A stretch of DNA of 56,646 nt, counting the filler, from Sphacelaria rigidula (taxonomy: Eukaryota), in NCBI GenBank assembly GCA_964200075.2. It is 7 parts of 7 records of this genome, joined end to end, with 100 filler letters (N's around TTAATTAATTAA, not from the genome) between each part and the next. Parts side by side here need not be neighbours in the genome. Positions count along the whole stretch, not along the records: positions 8,109 to 16,115 come from CAXNAA020012668.1; positions 16,216 to 24,222 come from CAXNAA020012669.1; 5 more parts are not named here. One strand, 5' to 3'. Position 1 is the stretch's first letter, and every line of letters begins with the position of its first letter. Positions 14,401 to 23,770 of this stretch are shown piece by piece. The notes beneath the pieces were generated by a model that was not told where the DNA came from, ran no database searches, and saw only the letters and a list, made by a program, of their open reading frames with translations. The translations under genes were made by a program, and so were the position numbers.

Positions 14401-14737
14401 GTGCACACGTGTGCTGCGTGGCTGCGGTACTCGACACATCAACACGTTGATATGGACGGCCGGGGGTAGAGCATCAGTGTACCTGGCTGTAACGAAAACG
14501 AAGTTGAACGCAGCCGCGCACGGTCCAATGGCAGCGAGGCTAAGTGCGCCAAGACGCCCCACGAACCCTGTGTCGACCAGAGACAAGCACGGGTCGATCA
14601 ATACCGCGCCGAGCGTCGGGAGTGCCAAATCCAGAATCTCGCGGTCGAACGTATTTACTTTGCTAGCGCCACTGGCCGCCGAGTAGATTTTCTGCAGTGC
14701 CCGTGCCCTTCGTCGGAGCTGGAGGGGCTCTTGTGGT
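8404..14737 (-). CDS. MATE/DinF-family (DTX-like) efflux transporter, partial spliced gene (N-terminal half)
   Basis: Phase-compatible GT-AG exons at 14737-14483, 14221-14177, 13702-13475, 9561-9423 and 8538-8404. They give FDREILDLALPTLGAVLIDPCLSLVDTGFVGRLGALSLAAIGP...YLRWRSTAFPANMFMLVACGAFRGLGEAK...NVVLDPFLMFTCGLNVAGAAIATAAAQW, which are classic DinF/MATE motifs. A further upstream exon is possible near 15808-15967. The 3' exons are off the contig. Confidence 0.93.
10393..10862. mobile_element. Foldback/MITE-like element with ~190-bp imperfect inverted arms, in a MATE intron
   Basis: ~10393-10585 is the reverse complement of ~10671-10862 (e.g. CCACGAGGATTCTAGCGCA / TGCGCTAGAATCCTCGTGG). 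Confidence 0.8.
11186..13184. mobile_element. Non-autonomous TIR DNA transposon (~2 kb) with GTCAC/GTGAC subterminal repeats, in a MATE intron
   Basis: The left end CTTAACGCTACACGTCACAC mirrors the right end GTGTAACGTGTAACGTTGAG. Dense GTCAC/GTGAC arrays occupy ~11195-11450 and ~12930-13175. No transposase ORF recognised. Confidence 0.65.
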
Positions 14738-16215
14738 CTGCTGCGGTCAGGTTGACAGGCGCGTCCATAGCAATCGAGAACATATCAACGTGGGGTGGCG
14801 AGGAATGATAGCATGGATACAGACATAAGCACAAGCGATAGAAATTGCTTACAAGAGTGAAGACTACATACTGTACTCACATCGTTAACCCCTAGACAGC
14901 AACCCCCCCCGCAGGTGGACAGAGTTAGACTAAGCCACATCTGGGGTTCAGAACAATCATTTTCTCGCTACACAAAACGCCTTTCTTCGTAATCATGTGG
15001 ATCCTGGGTATCCATGTAGAAAACAGCTCCGGAGAACCCCTGACCGGTATTCGTCGTGCAGTCAAGAGCATACAGAGTCAGTATGTGCGCGGTATGTCTC
15101 CGCTAGATACAACGGCAAGAAAGAGTCAGCGTGCCCTCGCTTTCCACAGAACGCAATTGACTGCATGGTGCTGATGCCTCTGCTTCTAGTGTTCAACAAC
15201 ACTCCGGACAGTGAAGCTATGCTGGCAGCACATGAGGCGTCAGGCAGGCGGCACAAACCTCGAGCAGAGTACAAAACAAAGTCATTAATACCCATGTAAT
15301 CCATGGTTGAAGTGCAATGACAGCGAAATAGTCCCCCTGCAGTCCACCTCTAGGGGAACTACGTGCTCATTTTGACGACCGTGATTGGTCAGAATAGTTA
15401 TCCCGCACCTCTCCGGCCTCGTTCCTGGCTTAGAATCTTCGGCGGGAAACTTCCGAACACACATGGTTGACTCGGTGAGTTTTTCGGCTGCTCTTCGGAC
15501 AGACGCCCCCCTCCCTCAAAAACCACCCCCCCCCGGCTACTGGAAACCCCCGGATGTCTCCGGACTGCCAGCCCGTAAAGCTGTTCCGAGGTGACGCTCG
15601 CTGTCTTAAATTCAACTACAATTGTGACGGTAGAAAAACAATTCGTGTGTTCTGTGGTGCCAGCTGCCAGTTACGAGGTTACGTGCTGTATGCGTTGCCA
15701 GTTGCCAGTTGCCAGTTGGCGTTCGAAGCCCCCAAATCCCACGCAAGGTCCACGCTAGCAATCCTGCAGTAAGCAGTGCCTCGTGCGCAATGCGCTAAAT
15801 ACTGTACCGCATTTCGAGTTCTCCGTTCCCCGTCCTCCAATGAAGGCCATGGCCGGTCTTGTCGGTACGGCGTGGGGAGGGTGTTTTCGGCGGGTGTAGG
15901 GCCGGAATCACTTTCAAGGAGTAATTCCTTCTCACGACCATCCTTGGCCAAGGCCGTGGTGCGATACTAGAGTTGGGTCAGCGCGGTGCTCATCAGGCAC
16001 ACCCACCCCTGCTGTAATACAGCAGTGTGTGTGTTGTCCCATCTATACTGGACGCCAGTCTACCCCTTTCGGGATATGTGGGCGGATCAGCCGGGGTCAC
16101 ACAGGAGGAAGGTCANNNNNNNNNNNNNNNNNNNNNNNNNNNNNNNNNNNNNNNNNNNNTTAATTAATTAANNNNNNNNNNNNNNNNNNNNNNNNNNNNN
16201 NNNNNNNNNNNNNNN

Positions 16216-16342
16216 CGTTTTAAAGTCCGCATCAATCTTCCCGATTGATTCGAGGTCCCAAGGCCTCAAGCCAGAGAGCACAGGTGCGGTAATCATTAGA
16301 GTTCAGTACACTACCTTGCGTAGGTACCTCTCTTTTTCACAC
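16216..16342 (+). repeat. 127-bp perfect direct repeat, copy 1 (putative Penelope pseudo-LTR / element 3' end)
   Basis: Identical to 22036-22162. It begins with RFKVRINLPD*, reminiscent of a GIY-YIG C-terminal tail. The true left edge is unknown because it coincides with the contig start. Confidence 0.9.
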
Positions 16343-17058
16343 GTACATCTTATGATAGTATCCTCGTGCTATATACCAGGATGACCGTCGCAAGCCCGGT
16401 CTCGGCCATCAACATATTCGTGTGATGATCCCCGCATTGACAATCCGTCCATCATATGACGTCAACGAATATCGGGTAACAGATACCTGTTCTCCAATCA
16501 ACGTGAGGTTGGGAAGATGAAAAAAAACGGGGGCACATGTACATCGTTCTCATGATGACAGCGACGTGCTACGGAGAGGCCCCTCGACTGCAGGTCTGAC
16601 GGGGCTGCATTAATACGAAAATGAGTGCGAAAAACCGTCGTTGTACTGCTACGCACCCTCGCCGGGGGAAGGAGCTGCAGTGTGACTGGCCCGGGTGAGA
16701 GAAGTGCGGAGCATCGAGCGTGGCGATCGAGCGGAAGAGTCAACGAGAGCCTTGCAAGTGCAATGTATATCAACCTAATATGAAGTAAGGTAGACGTCGG
16801 GGTGTTCATACCTTGATCGAAGACGCAATGTTTGGGCCTAGTACAAAGTCCTTGACATGTGGCACCATGCATTGCTTTGCACTTGATGTTGAACACCAGG
16901 ACAACCCACCTTCTTGCTTCGAAGGTAGAGGTACATGGCGTCTCTATGGGGCATGTGCTGTCCGAAACTTGCGGCGAAGTGATCGAGAAACGCCACGACG
17001 TGCTCCTGTCGGCTGCGTACCTGTGAGCTATCAGCCCTGCATGTCAAACACGTTGTAG

Positions 17059-18608
17059 GAGAAACGCCGATGGATCGACGTGGTGGTAGGTTGGACAGTG
17101 CGGAGGAACGTCGAATCAGAATCGTCACGGCACTCGGTCGATCGAAACTCGGTATAACGTGGGCTGCGCCGCTGTCATGCACTCATGGTCTGTCTGTACG
17201 GGCTTGAAGAGAGGGTGCTGTTGGCACGGCGATGTCGACGTGCGGGATAGGTGCCTGTGCGATAGGTTGTGGGGGATTCAAATTTAAATCCCATGCGTTC
17301 AAATGATGCAAGCGCTACACGGTGACGTTTGCTACACTGCGCTGGCGCTCGGGATACATTAGTGACACCGCGACCCCATTGCTTCGCCGTGAACTTGTGC
17401 TGACTGCAGAAGCTGTGCACTTTTGTGAGGAGCCGCACGCCGCCATGATGGATCGGTGTATGCGCTGCGACCCAACTGAACCCATGAAAGCATGCCGGCC
17501 ACATGAACATCGACCAGCACTGGAAACAATGTATCCATTTTCAAACATTACCCCTGTTCCGGTCAACAACGACAGGTGAGCACCGCAGAACGACGGCGGA
17601 GTACAGTGCTTAAAACAAAAACAAGAAAAATCTTTTCGGTTGACCTTTCCCTGTGCCCCCGCCGGCAGGTACGCCCAGATACACCGAAAGGTGTACACCG
17701 GCGTGCAGGCGTCCAGAATAGATGGGACGATAAGCACCCGTGCACACACCCATACATACACGCACGACCCCGCGTGGTCGGTGTAACAATTACAGTGCAC
17801 AACGAGCACGGGCGACGGGTACAGCCTGAGTAGTTGGTCTCGATCCCGCAGAACATTGTAAGTCATGGCACGAGATACCTGTTGAGGACTACCGAAGATC
17901 GTGGGTTCCTCTTCGCGGACTCGATGGTGTTGTGCGACACTCGGAACGCGAGTGCGAAAAACGAGTTACAAACCAGCTAGTTCGCCGCTAGCATGGATCC
18001 CCGATTTTTTCTGAGCTTCACAAGTAGCACCGGTCGACTCACCCAATCCAGCCGCGCGCGACATGACCTCGGTTTTGCAAACTCCGATTGCTCTGCGCGC
18101 AGTACGACGATATCACGGGCACCGCAAACTAAACCCTCAACACACTTCAGTGTCTTGCAGCACTGAAGTGACATCTGCATCATGTCTGTTACGTCGGTAG
18201 TACCCGGCCGTGTCGTGCTCTTCGAATCGTTCTGAAGGGATCGGCTTCCCGAGTCTTGGGCTATACTGCCCCGATGTACGAAGGAGCCGTGGAGAGGTGG
18301 GGTGCTTGGGCTCATTTTCTGGAGGGGGCATGGGCTCAGACCTGCGGGAGAGGGGACATCATCACCTCCAGGTGAGGGTTTCCCTGGCCGCTGACGTTCA
18401 CGTTGGGCGAACACCACCCGACTTGCCACGTACGCGCTCATGTTGCAGTGCTGCGAGGTGGACTTGTCCGCTGCGGGCGGACAGTGTGTCGTTTGAAAAC
18501 TGCTGCTCACGCCCGACTTGTCTGCCCGTCGGCGCCCGGAAGGCGTCCAGCGTATCTTCTCGGATGAAAGTTCACAACGGTCGGATGAGCTTCCTAAATC
18601 TCCGTTGA
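17059..18608 (+). pseudogene. Decayed spliced SAM-dependent methyltransferase with beta-class N6A/N4C DNA-MTase-like motif order
   Basis: Exon-like 17059-17575 reads IRIVT....KLGITW...RA*REGAV...GFKFKSHAFK*CK...SNITPVP, resembling the RxLKxGG and GF...W-x-K motifs. Exons ~18237-18371 and 18449 onward, joined over a 77-nt phase-0 GT-AG intron, read LGLYCP...CLGSFSGGGMGSDLRERGHHHLQ|CCEVD: FxGxG plus an acidic motif II at canonical spacing. There are three TGA stops and no intact (D/N/S)PP(Y/F). Confidence 0.5.
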
Positions 18609-19117
18609 ATATCCGTGCACGATGCATAGTACCCCTTCATTCAAATGAGCGGTTGTAGTAATCGCAAACAGTGGCATTGCGCGGGGTTTCTGATCTGAAA
18701 ATTTTATTCCGTTTTCGTGTTCCGTTTGTACTCCTCGCACATCGCTCCATGCCCGCACCGGGACCCCACGTGTATGCACGGGTGATTAGTCCGCAAAAAC
18801 GAACGTTGCGAAGCCGCGTTCCAAGAGGAGGAGACGTGGTCGGTGGGATAACCAAAAATACTCGTCGTCACACATGAAATACGCGTGTCCACATGCCACA
18901 ATCAGTTTTCCCGCAGTGAGATGCCACTGACATATCGCGCATGTCGGCGCGGTAAATAACGGGTGACCCGCGCTACGAAACGGAACACAAATGGCGATAC
19001 CATATCTTCCCAAATTACCGCGCCTGCAATCCCACCTCCTTGCATACACACCGCCCTCCACTTCCATAGAGCAACACAAACCGCCATCGGTTATTCGCAT
19101 CCGGTGCCGACGGTGGA

Positions 19118-22035
19118 ATGTCTGGGGCCGTGGCTGATGTGCGGGGGGGTGCTGGGCCCGAAAAGCGGGGTCACAACAGCCAGGGAACCCTCGCGAACAG
19201 TCTAACCCGGAACTTCATCGCTTGCTTCGACGTGCCTCTTAGCCAAATAAGGCTGACGGAGTTCACGCGCCCGCTGAACGATAGAGGTATAGATTTGATG
19301 GTGAAGTCCATCACGGACAAGGGATGGCTCCCGCACGCCGAGCCTGCGCTAGTCGTGGACAGGGAAGGGCTGCCGCACGGCGAGTTCACCGAGGACTGCA
19401 TTCCGACAGCCGTCTACAAAGTACTTGACGGAAACCATCGACTCGCAGCGGCCAAGAAGATCATGAGCGCAGAGACGAGACTACGCTGCCGTGTGCACTA
19501 CGCGTTCGATGCTGCTGCCATGAGGGTCTTGGGCGATTGTACGTTTGCCGCGTGCCTACGTTCCCGCTTGTGTTCCCGCTTGTTGTGAATCGACGAACGG
19601 TTTGTGGCGTGCGTGCAGCATTTAACAGTCGGCGGTATTCACCATCGATCTCAACATGTGACACAGATACCCCACATGCGCTCGCCGCCCCGCAGCAAGT
19701 ACCAGTTTTGGTAGCAATGTCTCAAGTTTCATGTGCTCCAGTGGCGCGGTGTGCTGTCTACTTATGTGCCATCTTTTGTTTTGAACCACATGCCCCGCAT
19801 TTTGAAGGTCGAGGAGGACAACTCTGCGGCTGTAATCGTCCTGGTTGTTACACACACGAAACGGCCTCCCCGAGAAGAAGTAGGAGAGCAATATTTCCTG
19901 GCGAGATTCGTTTGTTTCACGTTCGAAATTTGGCGCAGTCCATGTGGTCATGAAAAGGGTTCGAGCACGTACATGTTTGCTGATCCCCCGCACGATATTG
20001 AGGCACCCCATTGAGCACCGCAGGGATATGTATCGCATGCCCGCACAGCATAGATCTGCGCAGGTGTCAATCATGTCACTACTTCCTTTTCGGACATGAA
20101 TCTGGCTTTAGACCGGCTTCCACCGCCATACCAGTAGTTTACGTTTGCTGGTCCCTTTTTCCCCGCGCCCCCTGCTTGCACATCTTGTTTATGCTGTAAC
20201 AATCGTGCGGCGTTCAGCAGCACTCAATGATGCCACCGAGACCATAACCGCGCGATCAACGTACGACACTTTGTACCTTCACGCCGAGAACATAAAGGGC
20301 ATTAAGGAGAGGACGAAGAAGTCAGAGGTCACCGCGCAGGAGATGGCCGAAGCATACAGGACGGTGCGTATGTACGTCAGGAATGCTTCAATGCGTATAT
20401 CCCCTGCTGCCTTGAATGCAGCGGTTTTTCCCCTTTGCTTCACTTTTTTTTTCGATCGAAAACAACTGTATTATCTGATAGGTCCACCGCATTTATGTTC
20501 CTCGAAGGCTTCAACTCAAAATCTTGATTAGAGCCGCGCGGAAAAATACGCAACGAGTGAAAAACATAGAAATCGATCGAAAACGTGCAATCGACAGGCA
20601 CGAAGCCGCACTTCACTCTTAACTTACAGACCACCACGCCAAATATCACCCGTTCACAAGACTATGCAAACTCCATCCAACTCATTCTCAGCTACCAACG
20701 CAACCCTGCAGCATGGAGCAAGAGTTGAGCACAGGGATAGATACACGAAAGTAGTTGGGTGGTGCATTGTATTTTTTTGGTGGCGAGAACTTGCGCATCT
20801 TCTCTCATGGTAGTCATGAGGGACGGAGCTGCGCGCCGGTATTATGGGCAGCCGAGTTGAGTGCACGCTCATGGACAATGCAGGCAGGACAAAGCTGCAC
20901 GTTGCTGAGGTTATTTTGGAATCGCTTTGTAAGCAGAGAGAACTGATAGTCTTGGGCGATCTACACTGCACATTGTCCGCTTCCCCTTTATTTTCTCCTG
21001 CGCGAAGCACGCACACACGCACTCACGACACCCTACTTGCAAGCAGTGCAAACAGTACGGACCATGTACCGTGTCACGATTTTTATCGTCTTCTTTCGAT
21101 CGAAAGCTTGAAGATTCATTCGGACCCAACTGCATCAAAACAACTTTTCACTTGATTCGATTCCACCGCTCGTCTTTTCGATGGAAGAAAAACGTGATAA
21201 GACACGCCCTGGGCACATGGATTGCCGGTGGGGAAAGTGCGGTGAAGAACGAAAATCTTGTTCTGACAGGTCGCAATTAAAAACCATCGTCGATTATTTT
21301 CAAGATGGGTAAAACCATGACCTATCAGGTACGGACCTTTGTCTTCCACCGCACGTTTTCGATCGAAAACGCAGGTGCGAACACAAGCCCCGAGAGTGAA
21401 AATCGGCCGAGTAGTGTATGAATTGTTCCACTTCCGACATGCCCCTCCACGAGGCCCAATACGCGTTCCGCAGTAGCTTAGCCCTGAGGCCCTTGACATC
21501 CCTGACTTGGTTATCGATGTGTACCTTCAAGTGCACGCCAGTGATTGAGGCAAAAAAAAAAAAAACAGAATGAACACTTAGCTGTTTTAAAGCGAATTGT
21601 CGCAGCCATTCTCAGTCGGCGCTCTACTCTCAATAATATGACAACGTTGTCATGAGGTGTGCTCAGTGTTGACTGTGCCGTCTGCCATGCCCGGAATTCA
21701 CCCCGCTTGAAATGAGACGGGCGCGCAACCGCCGCAGTCCGGTGATCCCACGACGCCGCAGTCATGGTCGGGAGGTTCTCATGGCTCACACACACATTCT
21801 CCTGCCCGCGTGCTGTCTTCAAATCCTTCTTCCCGCGGACGTGCGAACCCCGCAGGCAGGAATCAATCCACCCAGCGTTCAGACGCTCCGGATCTGGAAG
21901 AAGGCAGTGTGTGGTATGTCTCAGGAAGGGTTTGAGGCAGTCCGCGACGTTTTCCAAAGCGCGGACGACCCTATTAACGCGAAGCATGTGTCGCTAAATT
22001 GTTTCACACGCAAGAACTTCTCCGCCATGAAGGGT
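19118..22035 (+). CDS. Intron-containing ParB-like protein (ParB/Srx N-terminal domain plus HTH), cut at its 3' end by the Penelope-like insertion
   Basis: Exon 19118-19538 gives VPLSQIRLTEFTRPLNDRGIDLMVKSITDKGWL...YKVLDGNHRLAAAKK. It splices in phase 1 to 20221-20363 (SLNDATE...VTAQEMAEAYRT), then in phase 0 to 21856-22035 (AGINPPSVQTLRIWKKAVCGMSQEGFEAV), reconstituting a ParB-type HTH across the intron. Extra exons within 20364-21855 are not excluded. Confidence 0.8.
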
Positions 22036-22162
22036 CGTTTTAAAGTCCGCATCAATCTTCCCGATTGATTCGAGGTCCCAAGGCCTCAAGCCAGAGAGCA
22101 CAGGTGCGGTAATCATTAGAGTTCAGTACACTACCTTGCGTAGGTACCTCTCTTTTTCACAC
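22036..22162 (+). repeat. 127-bp perfect direct repeat, copy 2 (putative 5' pseudo-LTR)
   Basis: Identical to 16216-16342; the offset is 5820 bp. Confidence 0.9.
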
Positions 22163-22510
22163 ATAGCTAACCTTCACCCTACCCACCTCGTGCCAGACCC
22201 AGCCGTAATTGCCCGTTTGACTAAGACGGGGCACCTGTATTTCATTATACATAAGGTGGCTGTGGTCCTGCACTGCTTTTATAATAGCTATAAAAGCACT
22301 ACCGTCCACTCTCGGAAACCTCAAGTGTTCGGTAGACCATTACTCACCAAAACGTGTGTAATGGTAGAGTTTACGCTTCATTGCGCTCAAACTCGATTCT
22401 GTACAGAAAAAGTCAACCTTCACCGGTTACACACCTGTACACCTTTCTCATAGTCCTCAACCCGGAACCATTCTGTGCCAAATTTCCGCACGTTGTACAG
22501 ACTGCAGAAG

Positions 22511-23770
22511 ATGGATACCACCCACCGAAAACCGGGTCTCGCGTACAACAGGCTTACAAGTCTTTTCGTGGCGGAGAAGAAAAACATCCGCAAGTCGTTC
22601 GAACGCCTGCTACTGCTCAACCATTCGCTGGAGGAACAGAAAAAGTCGCTCCAGGCGCTTCACCACGCGGGGACTTTTCCCAAAAGTCTCACGATTCAGC
22701 CCGCTACAAGTCGAGTGCGAGCAGAGTTACCCTATATAGATGGAGGTAGAGCTTACGAACAAATGCTTGCCGATGTAGATGCAGCCAACAAGAAATTCAG
22801 GGAAACCTCAATTGGTGACCTTGGAAGAGAGGCCGCACTAGTGAGAAAGGACATTTCCAAGTTGCTGTCAGCCGAAGAGTTACAACGTCGTGTAGATACA
22901 GCTGTTGGCATATTCGGCTTGAAATGCCCTATTGTGTATAGACAATGGCGACAACAGTACCTGGGAATAGATAGTTCGACTGCATCTCCCCCCGAACCCC
23001 CTACAGATTCACCGCAATCTAATGGAGGCGGCGGAGCTGCTATGAACTTAGAAGAGGATGCAAGTTCTAGTGCTAATTCTAGTGTAGACTCAGGTTCACT
23101 TAATTTGAACCTCCCACATACCGATGGGTTTGAGAACATACCCCTTGCGCAACCCGCTGCTCAACCCGTTGCGCAACCCGTTGCTCAACCCCCTGCACAG
23201 CCCGCCGCTCCGGCGGAGCTTGCACCCTCTGCAGTCTCTCCAAAAATAGCGGAAATCCAAAACACATTGAAAGATGTCAAACTCTTGAAAGAAGAGGATC
23301 TGCACATTCGAACGGAGAAAACTGCTGCCGCTAAAGCTGACAAACGAGCCAAAGCGGCATTAGCTGCTACGGATAGCGAGTTGTCCTTGGAGTCTCTGCA
23401 TGCTTCCATAGTAACCCTATCGAAAAGCATAGGCAACTTGAAAAGAGGCAGAAACACAACCACCCCGGGAAACAACTCCCAGAACGTTGGAAAACACCAA
23501 AAACGCCCTGGTAAACCTCCCAAGGGCAAAGCCCCTTTCCAAAAGGGACACAACGTTCGCGCATCCATTTCCAGTAATAATAAGCAGCAGAGTAAAGGTA
23601 AAGGTAAACCGAAGCCCAAGCAGACAGCAGATAAAAGACCCCCCCCGCAGGGTAGAAATACTGCTAGACGTAACTCTTCTGTCGCACAGGAGAAACAGGC
23701 CAACGTTTCTAAGCGTACTGCCGAATCAGGTAGCGCAGCCCCCCGGAAGAAAGTCCGTGAGGATTTTTAG
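22511..23770 (+). CDS. PLE ORF1 (419 aa from the first ATG): helical/coiled-coil N-terminus, AQP-repeat linker, Lys/Arg-rich C-terminus
   Basis: The longest intact, intronless ORF in the window. It contains AQPAAQPVAQPVAQPPAQPAAP repeats and a very basic tail (KGKGKPKPKQ...PRKKVREDF). Confidence 0.8.
   Translation: MDTTHRKPGLAYNRLTSLFVAEKKNIRKSFERLLLLNHSLEEQKKSLQALHHAGTFPKSLTIQPATSRVRAELPYIDGGRAYEQMLADVDAANKKFRETSIGDLGREAALVRKDISKLLSAEELQRRVDTAVGIFGLKCPIVYRQWRQQYLGIDSSTASPPEPPTDSPQSNGGGGAAMNLEEDASSSANSSVDSGSLNLNLPHTDGFENIPLAQPAAQPVAQPVAQPPAQPAAPAELAPSAVSPKIAEIQNTLKDVKLLKEEDLHIRTEKTAAAKADKRAKAALAATDSELSLESLHASIVTLSKSIGNLKRGRNTTTPGNNSQNVGKHQKRPGKPPKGKAPFQKGHNVRASISSNNKQQSKGKGKPKPKQTADKRPPPQGRNTARRNSSVAQEKQANVSKRTAESGSAAPRKKVREDF

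Noticed and set aside
17205-18496. TGA recoding (Sec or Trp) in the MTase-like frame, since all three stops are TGA
   Set aside because: TGG-to-TGA and CGA-to-TGA decay explains two of them, other genes in the window end in TGA, and the catalytic motif is degenerate.
19118-19538. Sulfiredoxin or bacterial contaminant parB
   Set aside because: There is no catalytic Cys motif (DGNHR instead of FxGCHR). Phase-matched spliceosomal introns and an adjacent eukaryotic retroelement argue against contamination, and no parA is present.
22036-22110. Twister ribozyme (GAGG-TCCCAAGG-CCTC resembles P4/L4, with TAA upstream)
   Set aside because: I could not form P2 or the T1 pseudoknot (no GGG partner after GA) in either permutation tried. 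Kept only as an unexplained structure.
22088-22120. Hairpin or hammerhead ribozyme core in CCAGAGAGCACAGGTGCGGTAATCATTA
   Set aside because: It lacks AGAAACA, the closing CTGG and CUGANGA/GAAA; the resemblance is superficial.
22163-22187. Reverse telomeric repeats (CTAACC TTCACC CTACCC) at the pLTR junction, as in Athena/Coprina elements
   Set aside because: Only one of three hexamers matches, in a C-rich context; too weak to call.
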